Origin: Lytechinus pictus
Taxonomy: Eukaryota
Assembly (NCBI RefSeq): GCF_037042905.1
Contig: NC_087251.1
Span: forward strand, 19,222,001-19,286,000
Length of the DNA: 64,000 bases
Direction: 5' to 3'
A model generated the notes under the pieces. The model was not told the DNA's origin, ran no database searches, and saw only the letters and a program-made list of their open reading frames with translations. This document shows positions 24,991 to 37,614 of the stretch, one piece after another. The position numbers were made by a program, and so were the translations under genes. Positions within the stretch are counted from its first letter, which is position 1; every line of letters begins with the position of its first letter.

Positions 24991-25376
24991 AGCCTCATGT
25001 GTTTGAGCGAAAAGATCTTGTGACCGGGGGAGGATTATACCGGGCCATGGTTTTTCTTCATTTCCAACAGATTTGCAGTTCATGCGTCAAATGATAATAC
25101 TAAAGAAAAGAAATGAAGAAAATAAATATTGTGCTACCGCTATACTCTTGAATGGATGAGAGCTCGGGGGCTCCTCGTTACAATTTAACTATTCAAGGAT
25201 TGTAAAATGTAGCACTATTCTTGTTTGGATGGAAAGTCGATGATCTGAAAACTGCTAGCTGTTTCAACTCTTAACATCCTTATGCGTTTGGTTTCTTTGT
25301 CATTTTCTGTAGTATGGCGATTGAGAAGCAACTGAGCGTCCTAAACTCCGAATCATAGCTGTACTTTTTGATGTGA

Positions 25377-25575
25377 ATGATGTCGGACAATCGGTTCATA
25401 AAATGGCATTGGGGGTACGTTGTTGTCATCTGCAAGTGTACGATAATGTTCCTAGACTCGGCCATCGCCAAGTCGTTTGGTGTTCTTGTTCCCAGTATGG
25501 TTGAAAGATTGGATGAAAATTATGCTACCGTCGGTCTTATCTGCAGCCTTCCTGTAACACTCATGTACTTCTGCT
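25377..25575 (+). CDS. MFS monocarboxylate transporter (SLC16/MCT-like), coding exon 1
   Basis: MMSDNRFIKWHWGYVVVIC... carries the WG(W/Y)VVV motif typical of SLC16 TM1, then SFGVLVP; donor GTAAGT at 25576, phase 1. Confidence 0.85.
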
Positions 25576-27344
25576 GTAAGTTATACTTTTATCGCACGTT
25601 AATTATTTACAAAAAAAAAATTATCAAAATTACCTAAAGAAGAAGGTGAAGAAGTCTACAAGCAGAAATTTGCAGAAGATATTTGAACTAGAGGTGTGGC
25701 GTGGAGTGTGACATAAACATTATGTACGATCGCCACATGGCATAAATTTCCAAATTATTTTTAAACTAGGGTCTTGAAATCCTCATTCTCAGTCAAATAA
25801 GAACACACAATTACACAATTATTATATTGTAAGCAATAACATACATTGCAAGAATGACAATAAAAAGAGCATTGAGATAAATGCTGTATACATCTGATTG
25901 TAAGTCTCCTTAGTTGTGGTTTGTAACTAAGTGTACGTTCATCAATCCATTTTGTAATCAGACAAAAAATCCCCCCTTGTATGTCAAATAATAGCTTTTT
26001 GCAGTGCAGCTCCCCTACCGCTCCCCTTAAAACTTTTAGGAGAGCTTTTTATTGCTCCCCTCATAATTATAAAACTGAGTCCCTGTTTTATTATGTTTAT
26101 GTTCAATAGTTATCTTTATCATGTTTAAAGGCTATTTGACTTTTGATCTTACGCTCAACACAATGGATTCTCTATTACGGTTGAATAACATTAAATGGGC
26201 TCGACTAGTCGACTATGAATGGATTTAGAACAGGAATGTCTAAAACTTTTTCATTTTTTTTATTTCTGTTTTTATTATAAATTGAAATAAATCACAAAAT
26301 TTACAAATGATTATTAGGTGATTGCAAATCACATAAACACAAGTTAGTTACACAAAAAAGACAAAATAACCATAATAATAAAAAAAAACTACCCACTGAT
26401 CCTCCCCCACCCCCCAAAAAAGGAATGTGGCAAAGTGATAAATTAATATCAGTGTTATCTAAACAAAGATAGGTGATTTGGTAAATAAAGTAGACAAAAC
26501 AAAATATACAAGCTATGATTATAAAATGGTTTCCCAACAACTATTGATAGGATTAAAAAACACAACTGGTTATCCAAGACGACGTAAATATGGAGGTTTT
26601 TAAACGAACAAGTAAGGAATGTCTAAAACTCAATGAATACATTAATTGCTGAAGCTCTTGTTTGTGCCATATTTCGCGCTCGCATATTGTGCAATTAGAT
26701 ACCCATATCTTGCTGAATATTAAAAAAAGTGCTTATAATGTCCCGTTTTTAGGTCTAATTCGCTAGAAAATTTCACCTCGCGCTTCGCGCTTGCATCAAT
26801 TGTTAGGTTATACTCAACTTATACTTGATCATGGTTATACAAGTGCTTTAGGATATCAAGTTTTCAGGTCAGAATATCAAAGATTTTCAGCTCGCGTTCT
26901 GCGATTCGGATGATGATATATGTATCATCTTCAGCTGCAAAAAACAGGTCCCTTTTCAGGTCAGTTTGTTAAAATTTGAAATTGTCTACTCGCGCTTCGC
27001 GCTCGTTTTAATTGTTTAATTGTGATATATCATGATTACGGAAATTGCTTAGAATATAATTAAAAAAAAATCTAGTTAGGTTTTAGCTGCCGATCGGGGA
27101 AAATGTGGATAAAATATACCCTGCTCTTCTAGCCCTGTTGGCAAAAGCTAGATCCAAAACTCTAGAATGTCTACTTCTTTATAATTCAGACACCACTCCC
27201 CAGAAAGATAATCCTGGCTACGGGTCTGCTATGTGCATGCTATCGTTAAGGCGTTAACGTTATGCCCAGAAGTTTTGCAGCTCATATTCACAGTGCTATT
27301 TATCTCTGATCTCAATAATCAATTTTCTTCTGCCCCCTTTTCAG

Positions 27345-27485
27345 GTCCGATGATATCTTTGATTTTGAAGAGAGTAGGTCGTCGTCCATTAGCCTTGTTT
27401 GGAGGCACGATGAGTGGCATGTCTTTGGCACTCTCAGGATTCCTTCCCAACACAGTACTTATAGGCGTGTCAATGGCACTAACAG
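27345..27485 (+). CDS. SLC16/MCT-like transporter, coding exon 2
   Basis: Pyrimidine tract plus CAG acceptor; PMISLILKRVGRRPLALFGG (MFS loop 2-3 motif); donor GTATGA; phase 1-1. Confidence 0.88.
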
Positions 27486-28152
27486 GTATGATGTAAACTC
27501 ACTCATTGCATTCATGTCTGAAATACGTGTACAAAGATATGCTATATATTTTCTTTAGAGCAATGGATAGTCAGGATTTTCCCAAAGGGGGGTGGGCACA
27601 TTTTTCCGAGGAAAATTTTGACAAGAAAAAAAAAGTCTTCACTTTCAAAGGGGGGGGGGGGGCATACTTCTGTACGGCACTTTTACATTACAAATTTTAA
27701 TTTTGCATCTCAAGGGGGGGCAAAGCTGGCCAGTGCCCCCCCCCCCCCATCCGCCAGTGTGCATGGATGCAGGTCACTGTATGGTACAATGTCTAAAGCA
27801 TAGTAACTTGAACATTGACTATCATTACTTTGAAATACATGTAGGTGACTCCTTTGCGTGACCAAAATCATGATAAGAAGTAAAGACTAAAGAGGTTACG
27901 CACAGTCAGTCGTCGATATGCATAATAATCGCGACTATTTTGAAGAAAACATAACCCAACGCAAAAAAGAACTGTACGATTAACGAAATAAAAAATATAT
28001 ATATATTTCTGTCCACAGTTGCCATGCTTGTTTCAAATACTTTTGTCACAGGCCTACATGGTAAATAAGTGAGCTGTAGGCATAATATTGATAAATACCC
28101 TACGAATATCCAATATTTCACAGAAACCTGTTTGATCTTACCTCCCGTACAG

Positions 28153-29184
28153 GTGCTGGCATAGCATGTGTGTACATGCCTTACATGCTTGTGGTCAACG
28201 ACTTCTTCCCCGATCACTTCGTTGTCATAAACACCATATCTCTCTACGGCCACACTGCTGGGACAATGATTCTGCCATTCATAACTGAACGATCCTTTGA
28301 AGCCTATGGGTACTGTGGTACGTTCCTCATTTTGGGCGGACTCACACTGCACCTGATGGTGTGTGCTGTGGCCATACGAAAACCGATCATAAAGAACCCT
28401 GATGAAAGTCAGCGAGATGGATCTCGCCCATCTCACATTGAAGGTGACGAGATGTTAGTAGAGAATGGCCAAGAGACTCAACAGACCTGGAAAACCCCGG
28501 GACACTCAAAATTAGACCACAAACAGAAGAACGTCCAAGATTTCATGTCAGACCAAAGTCCGTCTGTAACTTCAGATATCGCGCGATCCACATCACTTTC
28601 CTCTCTTGAAGAAGTCGTAGGGGAACGTGGCACTGATCAAAGTTCCGCACCACTGTTTCACGACGATATCAACCGTCCTTCTGATCTCTTACCAGACGTG
28701 AACCAAAATGAATCCTTTTTTAGGTCATTTCTTCTTAAAGAACCGTTGTTCTTGTTCAATCTCCTAACTATTTACCTCTTTAGCTATGCCTACTATTCTT
28801 GGATGTATTTCCTGGTACCTCACGCAAAGCAACTTGGTATCCCGGAATCTCAGGCCGTGTTTCTCTCGACCATCGCTGGAATCGGTGGTATCATTGGCAG
28901 GACAATATTTATCGTACTAGTAGCAAAAGGTGTCGACGCTTTTCACATCTACATAGTTTCCGGAATCACAGTCACTTTGCCATTTCTTCTGGATTTCATC
29001 GGGTCGAAGTATTGGATCCGGGCTGGATTGGCGTTTTTGCAAGGATTGTGCTTTTTTGCAGAAGATGCTATATTTTTCACCGTCGCAAAGAACACGCTGT
29101 TTAACCCGGATCATTTAAGTCTCGCCATTGCTCTTGTTTCATTCTTCTTCGGACTCGGTGGATCATCAGCAGGTTTTATTACAG
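28153..29184 (+). CDS. SLC16/MCT-like transporter, coding exon 3
   Basis: CAG acceptor at 28150-28152; AYGYCGTFLILGGLTLH; long hydrophilic central loop; FLVPHAKQLGI..QAVFLSTIAGIGGIIGR; donor GTATTT. Confidence 0.92.
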
Positions 29185-29788
29185 GTATTTAGTTGAAAAA
29201 TGGGTTTAGACCGGTGGATAAAATGAGAATAACAGTGTCTGTCTTAATTGAATTTGTATAGTATCACAAAAAGTATCTTAGCTCTTTTAAAGCATGTGAA
29301 TAATCGGTATACAGTGAAAGGAAAATTCAGCCCAGAGTAAACATAGACCCACCATTTTCTCTGCCATCATTTGTAACTATATACTGCAATGGAAGCCAAG
29401 TTGATCAGCAAATCTAAGCATGGATATACCCATAATTCCACCGGGGGCAATAATATGAAATGATCTTAAATCTGTGAGAGATTGAAGCAATAGATCTGAT
29501 AACGAGGATATTTTCCATTTTCTTAATATTGTTAGTAAAGGATCAGATATTTTTCCAAGAGGGATTTGGCGAAAAATTGTATCAAAATAGGAAGACTATA
29601 ATTTTGGGATGGAGTGTAAGAGAGTCCCCACCACCACCACAACCTTCTATTTGCGGACATATTCATTTCATATTGTCCTGGTAAAAAACTTTCAATGGTT
29701 AATATTCAATGATTATATAATTCGTCCTCTTTTCATCTACACATCTACTTCCTGTTCATCAATGTATTTTTGTTCTTTTGTAATGCAG

Positions 29789-29928
29789 GATCTCTGTTTG
29801 ACTTAACACAGTCCTTCACAAAAGTCTTTATCATCATTGGGATAGTACTCGTAACCGTCGTATTACAAGTCATCATAACAACGGTCTGCATCAGAAGAAG
29901 AACAAATAAAAGTGTCATTTCTGAATGA
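29789..29928 (+). CDS. SLC16/MCT-like transporter, final coding exon
   Basis: CAG acceptor; GSLFDLTQSFTKVFIIIGIVLV... (G.L.D.T.SY-like motif before TM12); TGA 29926-29928. The four exons total 1512 nt = 503 aa plus stop. Confidence 0.88.
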
Positions 29929-30659
29929 GACATTGTGAACCCGATGGGTACCAGAATCTATCGTAAAAAAGGGAAACCGAAATGTCAACTTTCTCGAATA
30001 GACTATCAAAGCAGGGACATTTACATTGCTTGAAAGTAACCCTTTTTAGCGTACATAATATCTTGAATCATTTTGGGACCATGCACCAATGAATTATACA
30101 CAAGAAAGTATGGTGCGGACCTATTTCCTGTGAGCACCGTCAGAAGGAAAGATTGTCACTTTTTAAAAGTCACAGGCATAATATCACGACTTTGATTCCA
30201 TTTTATTGGAACGATTTCCACATTCCCATAATAAAAAATGTTCAGAAGGCTTGTAAAAGGTACTTCCAAAAAGACGATATAATTGTTTTGCTAAATTTCA
30301 GTTGCGAGCAGCTTTCCCAGTATGGTGCATGGGATAAATGTCATTTTCTAAAAATAAATGAAAACGGATTTTATTGTACCTCAATATATCAACAGACAAA
30401 TCATTTCACATCCGCTCCTGAAATATTTTTTTAGCAATCATGAACCACTAAAAAATGAAAAGTATACATTTTTTAGTGCATAAAATATGGGGCATGCAGG
30501 TGCTCGTTTATTACGTCACAGAATAAAAACTTCTAATAACTTGCTTAATCTTTGAAAAATTTCCCTCAAACCTTCACCAATATATTTTTTTTCTAATTTA
30601 CAACTATACGTCATGGCGAACTTCCCCTTCAAAACAGGTCGATAGAATCGGGTACCTTA

Positions 30660-32789
30660 AGCCCCTTTCACAATTGACGTACGACCTGTTTACGACCACC
30701 TGCAACAGTTTTTTCGTGTTGTTGCACGATCGATCCCTTGGTGTCTTGCGAGCACTCGCAGTCGTTGTAGACGATCGCACAAACTCGAGGTGGTCGGAGG
30801 TGATCGTGACTGGTCGCATCTGAACTTTGAACATGTTCAAAATCCAAACGCGATCAAATACGATTGATTCACTCGCAACAGGTCGTACCATCGGTCGGGC
30901 GATCATCGTGTGAGTGTTGTTCAACGTTGTACGACTTGGTGCGAGAGGTGGCACAACTAAGTATAGTCGCATTTAGTCGACTGGAGGTCGTACAACACTT
31001 GCACATGTGCTGGAGACCTACAGAGACCAGTCTTGCGACTGGGTGCGATAATATGAGACTGTTGCAAGACCGATCGAAATTACGGCTTACTACATTCCAC
31101 TACCGTTGCATTCGCATGTATGCGACCGTTCAGCCCCTTTCACAATTGACGTACGACCTGTTTACGACCACCTGCAACAGTTTTTTCGTGTTGTTGCACG
31201 ATCGATCCCTTGGTGTCTTGCGAGCACTCGCAGTCGTTGTAGACGATCGCACAAACTCGAGGTGGTCGGAGGTGATCGTGACTGGTCGCATCTGAACTTT
31301 GAACATGTTCAAAATCCAAACGCGATCAAATACGATTGATTCACTCGCAACAGGTCGTACCATCGGTCGGGCGATCATCGTGTGAGTGTTGTTCAACGTT
31401 GTACGACTTGGTGCGAGAGGTGGCACAACTAAGTATAGTCGCATTTAGTCGACTGGAGGTCGTACAACACTTGCACATGTGCTGGAGACCTACAGAGACC
31501 AGTCTTGCGACTGGGTGCGATAATATGAGACTTTTGCAAGACCGATCGAAATTACGGCTTACTACATTCCACTACCGTTGCATTCGCATGTATGCGACCG
31601 TTCAGCCCCTTTCACAATTGACGTACGACCTGTTTACGACCACCTGCAACAGTTTTTTCGTGTTGTTGCACGATCGATCCCTTGGTGTCTTGCGAGCACT
31701 CGCAGTCGTTGTAGACGATCGCACAAACTCGAGGTGGTCGGAGGTGATCGTGACTGGTCGCATCTGAACTTTGAACATGTTCAAAATCCAAACGCGATCA
31801 AATACGATTGATTCACTCGCAACAGGTCGTACCATCGGTCGGGCGATCATCGTGTGAGTGTTGTTCAACGTTGTACGACTTGGTGCGAGAGGTGGCACAA
31901 CTAAGTATAGTCGCATTTAGTCGACTGGAGGTCGTACAACACTTGCACATGTGCTGGAGACCTACAGAGACCAGTCTTGCGACTGGGTGCGATAATATGA
32001 GACTGTTGCAAGACCGATCGAAATTACGGCTTACTACATTCCACTACCGTTGCATTCGCATGTATGCGACCGTTCAGCCCCTTTCACAATTGACGTCCGA
32101 CCAGTTTACGACCGCCTGCAACAGTTTTTTCTTGTTGTTGCACGATCGATCTCTTGGTGTCTTGCGAGCACTCGCAGTCGTTGCAGACGGTCGCACGAAC
32201 TCGAGGTGGTCGTGGCTGGTCACATCTGAACTTTGAACATGTTCAAAATCCGAACGCGATCAAATACGATCGATTCACTCGCATCAGGCCGTACCCGGGG
32301 TCGTACCATCGGTCGGGCGATCATCGTGCGAGTGTTGTTCAACGTTGTACGACTTGGTGCGAGAGGTGGCACAACTAAGTAGTCGCATTTACTTGACTGG
32401 AGGTCGTGCAACACTTGCACATGTGCAAGCGACCTACATGTACAGAGACCTGTCTTGCGACTGGTTGCGATAATAATATGGGCCATAAGACTGTTGCAAA
32501 ACCGATCGCAACGGCTTACAACATTGCACTACCATTTCATTCGCATGTATGCGACCGTTCCACTCGCAATCCCTCGTGCAACACTCGCATGTGATCGCAC
32601 GAGCACAATAAGAGCATATGCGACTTACTCGTGCAACGGGGTTTACTGGTTGTTTTTGTTGTACGACAGCTGTTGCAACTGTGAAAGCCTCTGTGCGATC
32701 TTATGAGATGACTAGCGATTGATGCCTGTTGCAGCCTGTCGCACGACCAAATGGTCGCAAATGGTCGTACGTCAATTGTGAAAGGGGCT
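30660..32789. mobile_element. PIF/Harbinger-like MITE with its left 472 bp tandemly repeated (three partial units plus one full 714-bp copy)
   Basis: 27-bp TIR AGCCCCTTTCACAATTGACGTACGACC; 3-bp TSD TTA (30657-30659, 32790-32792); units start at 30660, 31132, 31604, 32076. Confidence 0.9.
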
Positions 32790-34221
32790 TTAGAAACACC
32801 CATAAATTTGATTCGCTACACATTTCCAAATTCATGCGGAAACCATTTCGATAGAAACTAGTTTGGGAACCTGACATCCACTTGGACTAGCTGCAATGAG
32901 GTATTGCTCTAAAGCACTGAACATTAATTGCTATAATTGCCTCATTTACATACGTATTGTATCAATATCTGTTCGGATCCATTATGATGTGGAAATAAAG
33001 AAAATTACTTTTATTACAGAATGTTTTTTATTCTTATGTTATCCAAGTTATGCAAGACTTTTATCTCCACACAGACTCCGACACCTCATTGCTTTGTCCC
33101 CGGATAATATCAACTGTGCCTATGGCGGTTTACTGGACCGTACCTATATACATGTTTCTTGTTATCTCGGTGGCCATGTGACGTGACGGGGTGTTCCATT
33201 GTTATTAATCGGTGAATAAACTCATCACGTTGTCCATGTATTACCCGTTGCCAGGTCAGGGCAGTTTTTATAATAATCATTTGATCGTCCAGACATTTAT
33301 TGACAATAGTAGCAAATTTATTGGACATTGTGAAATTTTCCCTTTCTTACATCCACCAGCTTTTGCTGAATCAACCTGTATGCAGCCATTATGTGTATAG
33401 GCCCTATGCAACCATGCATTATGTGATTATACCAGCACGCATGCAGTATATATTATCCATTATGGCACCACCCTTTGGTTGTACATGGCATTATGTGCTA
33501 ATTTATCATCCTTTTCACGAACCATCCTTATGTTTTCAGAGGTCATGAACCAATTTTGAGAAACTTGTGTTTAATTTCTAGCTTTTAGAATTTACTTTTT
33601 TTTTATTTTGAATACCAACACAAGTGATCGATCAAGAAAAATAAAAGACTGAAATTTTACGAGATATTCAATAATTGACATCTCATTAGAAATTAAAAAC
33701 TTAAAATTATTCTTTGATTCTGTATTGACTCTGACCTCTGAGACACTTCGTGATGTCGATGACCAATTATATCAATATATATATATATAAATGTATATTT
33801 TTATTCGATAGGATCGAAACCTTTATTTTGTATCTTTATTATTACAGTGCCACTGATACTTCGTGTTTAAAATGTTCCTTCGCATGCAAATCATGGCTGA
33901 GACACTCAGAAATAAGAGTGTTCATTACATTTCGATTATGAATATTCATCATCAAGGTTCCGGTTGTAGGATTTCAATTCTCCAATCATCATCTCCATCA
34001 TCATTGTCATTATTTTCATCATCATCATCATAATCACCAACAGCAAATTCGATTTCACATTCATCCTTTATTAGTTTTTTTAAACTTCATCCTCTCTTCA
34101 TCTCATCACCATTACTACCACCATCTTGCTGTTATGACACAGAAAATTTACACACAAATCACATATCATACCAATAATCTTAAGTTTTTGGTAATATCAA
34201 ATTATCCTCCTGAGTAATGAC

Positions 34222-37148
34222 ATGGACATTTTTTATATTTTCAATACAAACAATATATCATCTGATAATAACTATTACTCAACCGAAGATTTTACTTCTA
34301 GATTTAGAGACATGAAACATAAATTCAGTTTGCTTCATATTAATGCTCGTAGTTTGAACAAAAATTTTGAGTCATTGGAATCATTACTTTTCACTTTAAA
34401 CAATTTCAAATTTTCCATCATTGGTGTCACGGAAACATGGCTTCACAATACTTCACCTAACATATTCAGTTTGGAAAACTATAATCTCATTAGGCGTGAC
34501 CGGGAAGATCAAAGAGGAGGAGGTGTAGCATTTTACATCAGTGAACATTTAAAATTCAAAGTAAGGAAAGAAATATCATTAAAACAGAGTGAAACTTTAT
34601 TCATAGAAATCACGAAGCCAAAAAGCAAAAATATAATTATTGGATTGATTTATAGACCCCCTCATGATAAAGTAAATTTATTTTGTGAAGACCTTGAAAC
34701 GTGCCTTCATACTATTAGAAAAGAAGAGAAACAAATATATTTAATGGGTGATTTTAACATCAACCTGTTATCCCAAAATAATGAACATGATTTATTCCTA
34801 CACACAATGCATTCATTTGGCTATTATCCCCATATAGATAAACCGACTAGAATTTATAGCCATTCATCAACACTTATCGACAACATTTTTTCAAATATAT
34901 TAAACAGAGATATTACCAGCGGATTGTTAATATCTGATATATCGGATCATTTGCCGGTTTTTTCATTTTGCGATAATGATATTCCAAAAGAAAATATACT
35001 CAAATCGACAACGTATAGAAAAGAATCTCAAAATATCATTGAATCGTTTAAAAGGGATCTTGCTATTGAAGAATGGTTGGATGTATTTCATGAGTCTAAT
35101 TCAAACATTGCATACACAAATTTTAACAATAAATTGCAGACATTTTACGAGAAAAATTTTCCTCTGATACCACTGGTCAAAAGAAAGAAGGCAAAAATGC
35201 CATGGATTTCTAAAGCAATTTTAAGATCCATACGTACCCGAAATAAACTTTACAAGGCATTTTTAAAGAACCCTTCTATTCAAAACAAAAATAAATACAA
35301 AACTTATAGAAATAGACTAACCAATACAATTCGAGCTTCTCGCAAATTATTTTATTCCGAGAAGCTTTACAAAGTCAAATCAAACATGAAAGCAACATGG
35401 GAGATTATAAATGATTTGATTGGCAAAAAACCCAAAATATTACCCAAAGATAATTTCACAGCTCATGATGTTGCGATAAATTCAGAAGATGTAGCTGATA
35501 CATTTAATTCCTTTTTTGTTAACTTAGGACCCTCATTGGCAAACAAACTTGACAGAACTGATGAAAATTTTGGAAAATTTCTTCCCACACCCATTAGCTC
35601 TTCTTTATTCTTTAACCCAACAAATGTTCAGGAATTAATTGAAATAACAAAAAATCTCAAATCAAGCAAATCACAGGGAATTTATAAAATTAGTACTTTC
35701 CTTCTTAAGCAGATCATACACTATATTGCCTCTCCTTTGTGTCATATTTTTAATCTGTCGATTAGCACCGGAATATGTTCTGATTCCCTAAAAATTGCAA
35801 AGGTAAATCCTGTTTTAAAAAAAGACAATCCGCATGAAATAACAAATTACAGGCCTATTTCTATTCTTCCCAGCATTTCCAAAATATTAGAGAAGATTAT
35901 TTACAATAGACTTTATAAGTTTCTAGATACTTTTCATTTTCTAAATTCTAACCAATATGGATTCAGGAAAGGACATTCGACTGATCAGGCGTCAATACAA
36001 ATATACGATAAAATTAAAAATGCAATGGCAAAAAAAGAACATATAATAGGCGTATTCATGGACTTAAGCAAAGCCTTTGACACTCTTGACCACCAGATAT
36101 TATTTAAAAAACTTGAACATTTTGGAATTCGCGGAATTACACTATCTTGGTTTAAGAGTTATTTGTCCAATAGAAAACAATATGTAATTCACAATAATAT
36201 TCCTTCTGATTTTCAGTTAATACAATGCGGAGTTCCACAAGGATCAATCCTAGGCCCCTTGCTTTTTTTAAATATATATCAATGATTTGACTTCTGTAAC
36301 ACCTTTATTATCATATGTATTATTTGCAGATGACACCAACATTTTTTTTCTCACATAATAGCTTAGAAACTTTAGTAGATATAATTAACCGTGAATTACC
36401 AAAACTATCTTTGTGGTTTAAGTGTAATAAGCTTTCACTCAATATAGATAAAACAAACTTTATATATTTCAAGCATACACACTCACATGATAACGAATTT
36501 CCTTACAATATAAACATAGACAATACTCCTCTCAAAAGGAAAAGAGAAACAAAGTTTTTAGGTGTCACAATAGATGAAAATTTAAATTGGAATGAACATG
36601 TACGTTGTATAACTCCTAGTATTTCTAGAAACGTTGGTATACTTTACAAAATGAAAAACATAATTCCACATACAACTCTTGTCACACTCTACAATTCATT
36701 AATATTGCCTTATATATCATATTGCAACATAGTTTGGGCAACATGTGCAAAAACTAAAATTAATACAATATACTTATTACAGAAAAAAGCGATTCGAATC
36801 TGTACTGATTCCCAATATTTATCACACACAAATCCATTATTCCATAAACTAAAGACTCTAACAGTATTTGACATAAATACTCTTCAAAGTTTACTACTTA
36901 TGTTTAAGTACGTAAATAACATGCTCCCACCTTCATTCCACAATTTGTATACTCTGAATACATCTATTCATTCTTACCCTACCCGTAACTCTTCAAATTT
37001 CCATTTAATCAACCCTAAATTGCTTATTGCGCAGAGATCCATAAGACACCATGGTCCAGATTTGTGGAACTCTCTACCAGAGCCTGTAAAACAATCTTCG
37101 TCTCTTCACTCATTTAAGGCAAACGTTAAATCTATGTTATTATCATAA
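34222..37148 (+). pseudogene. LINE endonuclease-reverse transcriptase ORF (~974 aa if repaired), two +1 frameshifts
   Basis: APE motifs NARSL, GVTETW, YRPP, GDFN, LIDNIF, SDHLPV; RT motifs YRPISILP, QYGFR, DLSKAFD, GVPQGSILGP. FADDT lies at 36323-36337 in the frame between the two tracked ORFs. C-terminal GPDLWNSLP. Confidence 0.92.
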
Positions 37149-37256
37149 TATTTGAAGTAAAATTTCTGTGTCGTATCATTTTTATCGTGAATTTATTCCT
37201 CCTTCGATTTAGTCATTACCAATATCTTCATCATGACCACCTTCATCTCCATGGCC

Positions 37257-37302
<46 letters not shown>

Positions 37303-37614
37303 ACATCATCATATCACCGTCATCCTCAGCTTTATCATCTTCATCTTCATACTATAATATTGCATGAATTCATGTTTCGTATTTGAAAATGTATGCCAAT
37401 TCTGCTTTATAAATGTATTAATTAATTCAATTAGTATAAGTTTGGGATTGTCATTTTTTTTCAAGCAATCTGCTTATGATGACAATCCTTCTCCTGCAAA
37501 TTGTGAATATCATATAGTTAATCATGCTAGCATATTATGTTTATTATGTTATGAAAAATGTATTATACGAATGTTATGGATGCAGAAGAAAACAATAAAT
37601 CAAATCAAATCAAA
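34222..37614 (+). mobile_element. Non-LTR retrotransposon, CR1/L2 group (Crack/Daphne-like); 5' boundary unresolved
   Basis: APE+RT ORF; 3' UTR with (CAT)n and stem-loop GGATTGTCAT...ATGACAATCC (37445-37488); AATAAA followed by a (TCAAA)3 tail ending 37614. Confidence 0.92.

Noticed and set aside
27906..28436. 176-aa minus-strand ORF
   Set aside because: Antisense shadow of transporter exon 3.
30604..32803. Repeated 100-143 aa ORFs, and superficial CRISPR-like periodicity
   Set aside because: ORFs arise from a GC-rich MITE tandem repeat with no protein motifs. The units are 472-bp near-identical repeats without unique spacers, in a eukaryotic context.
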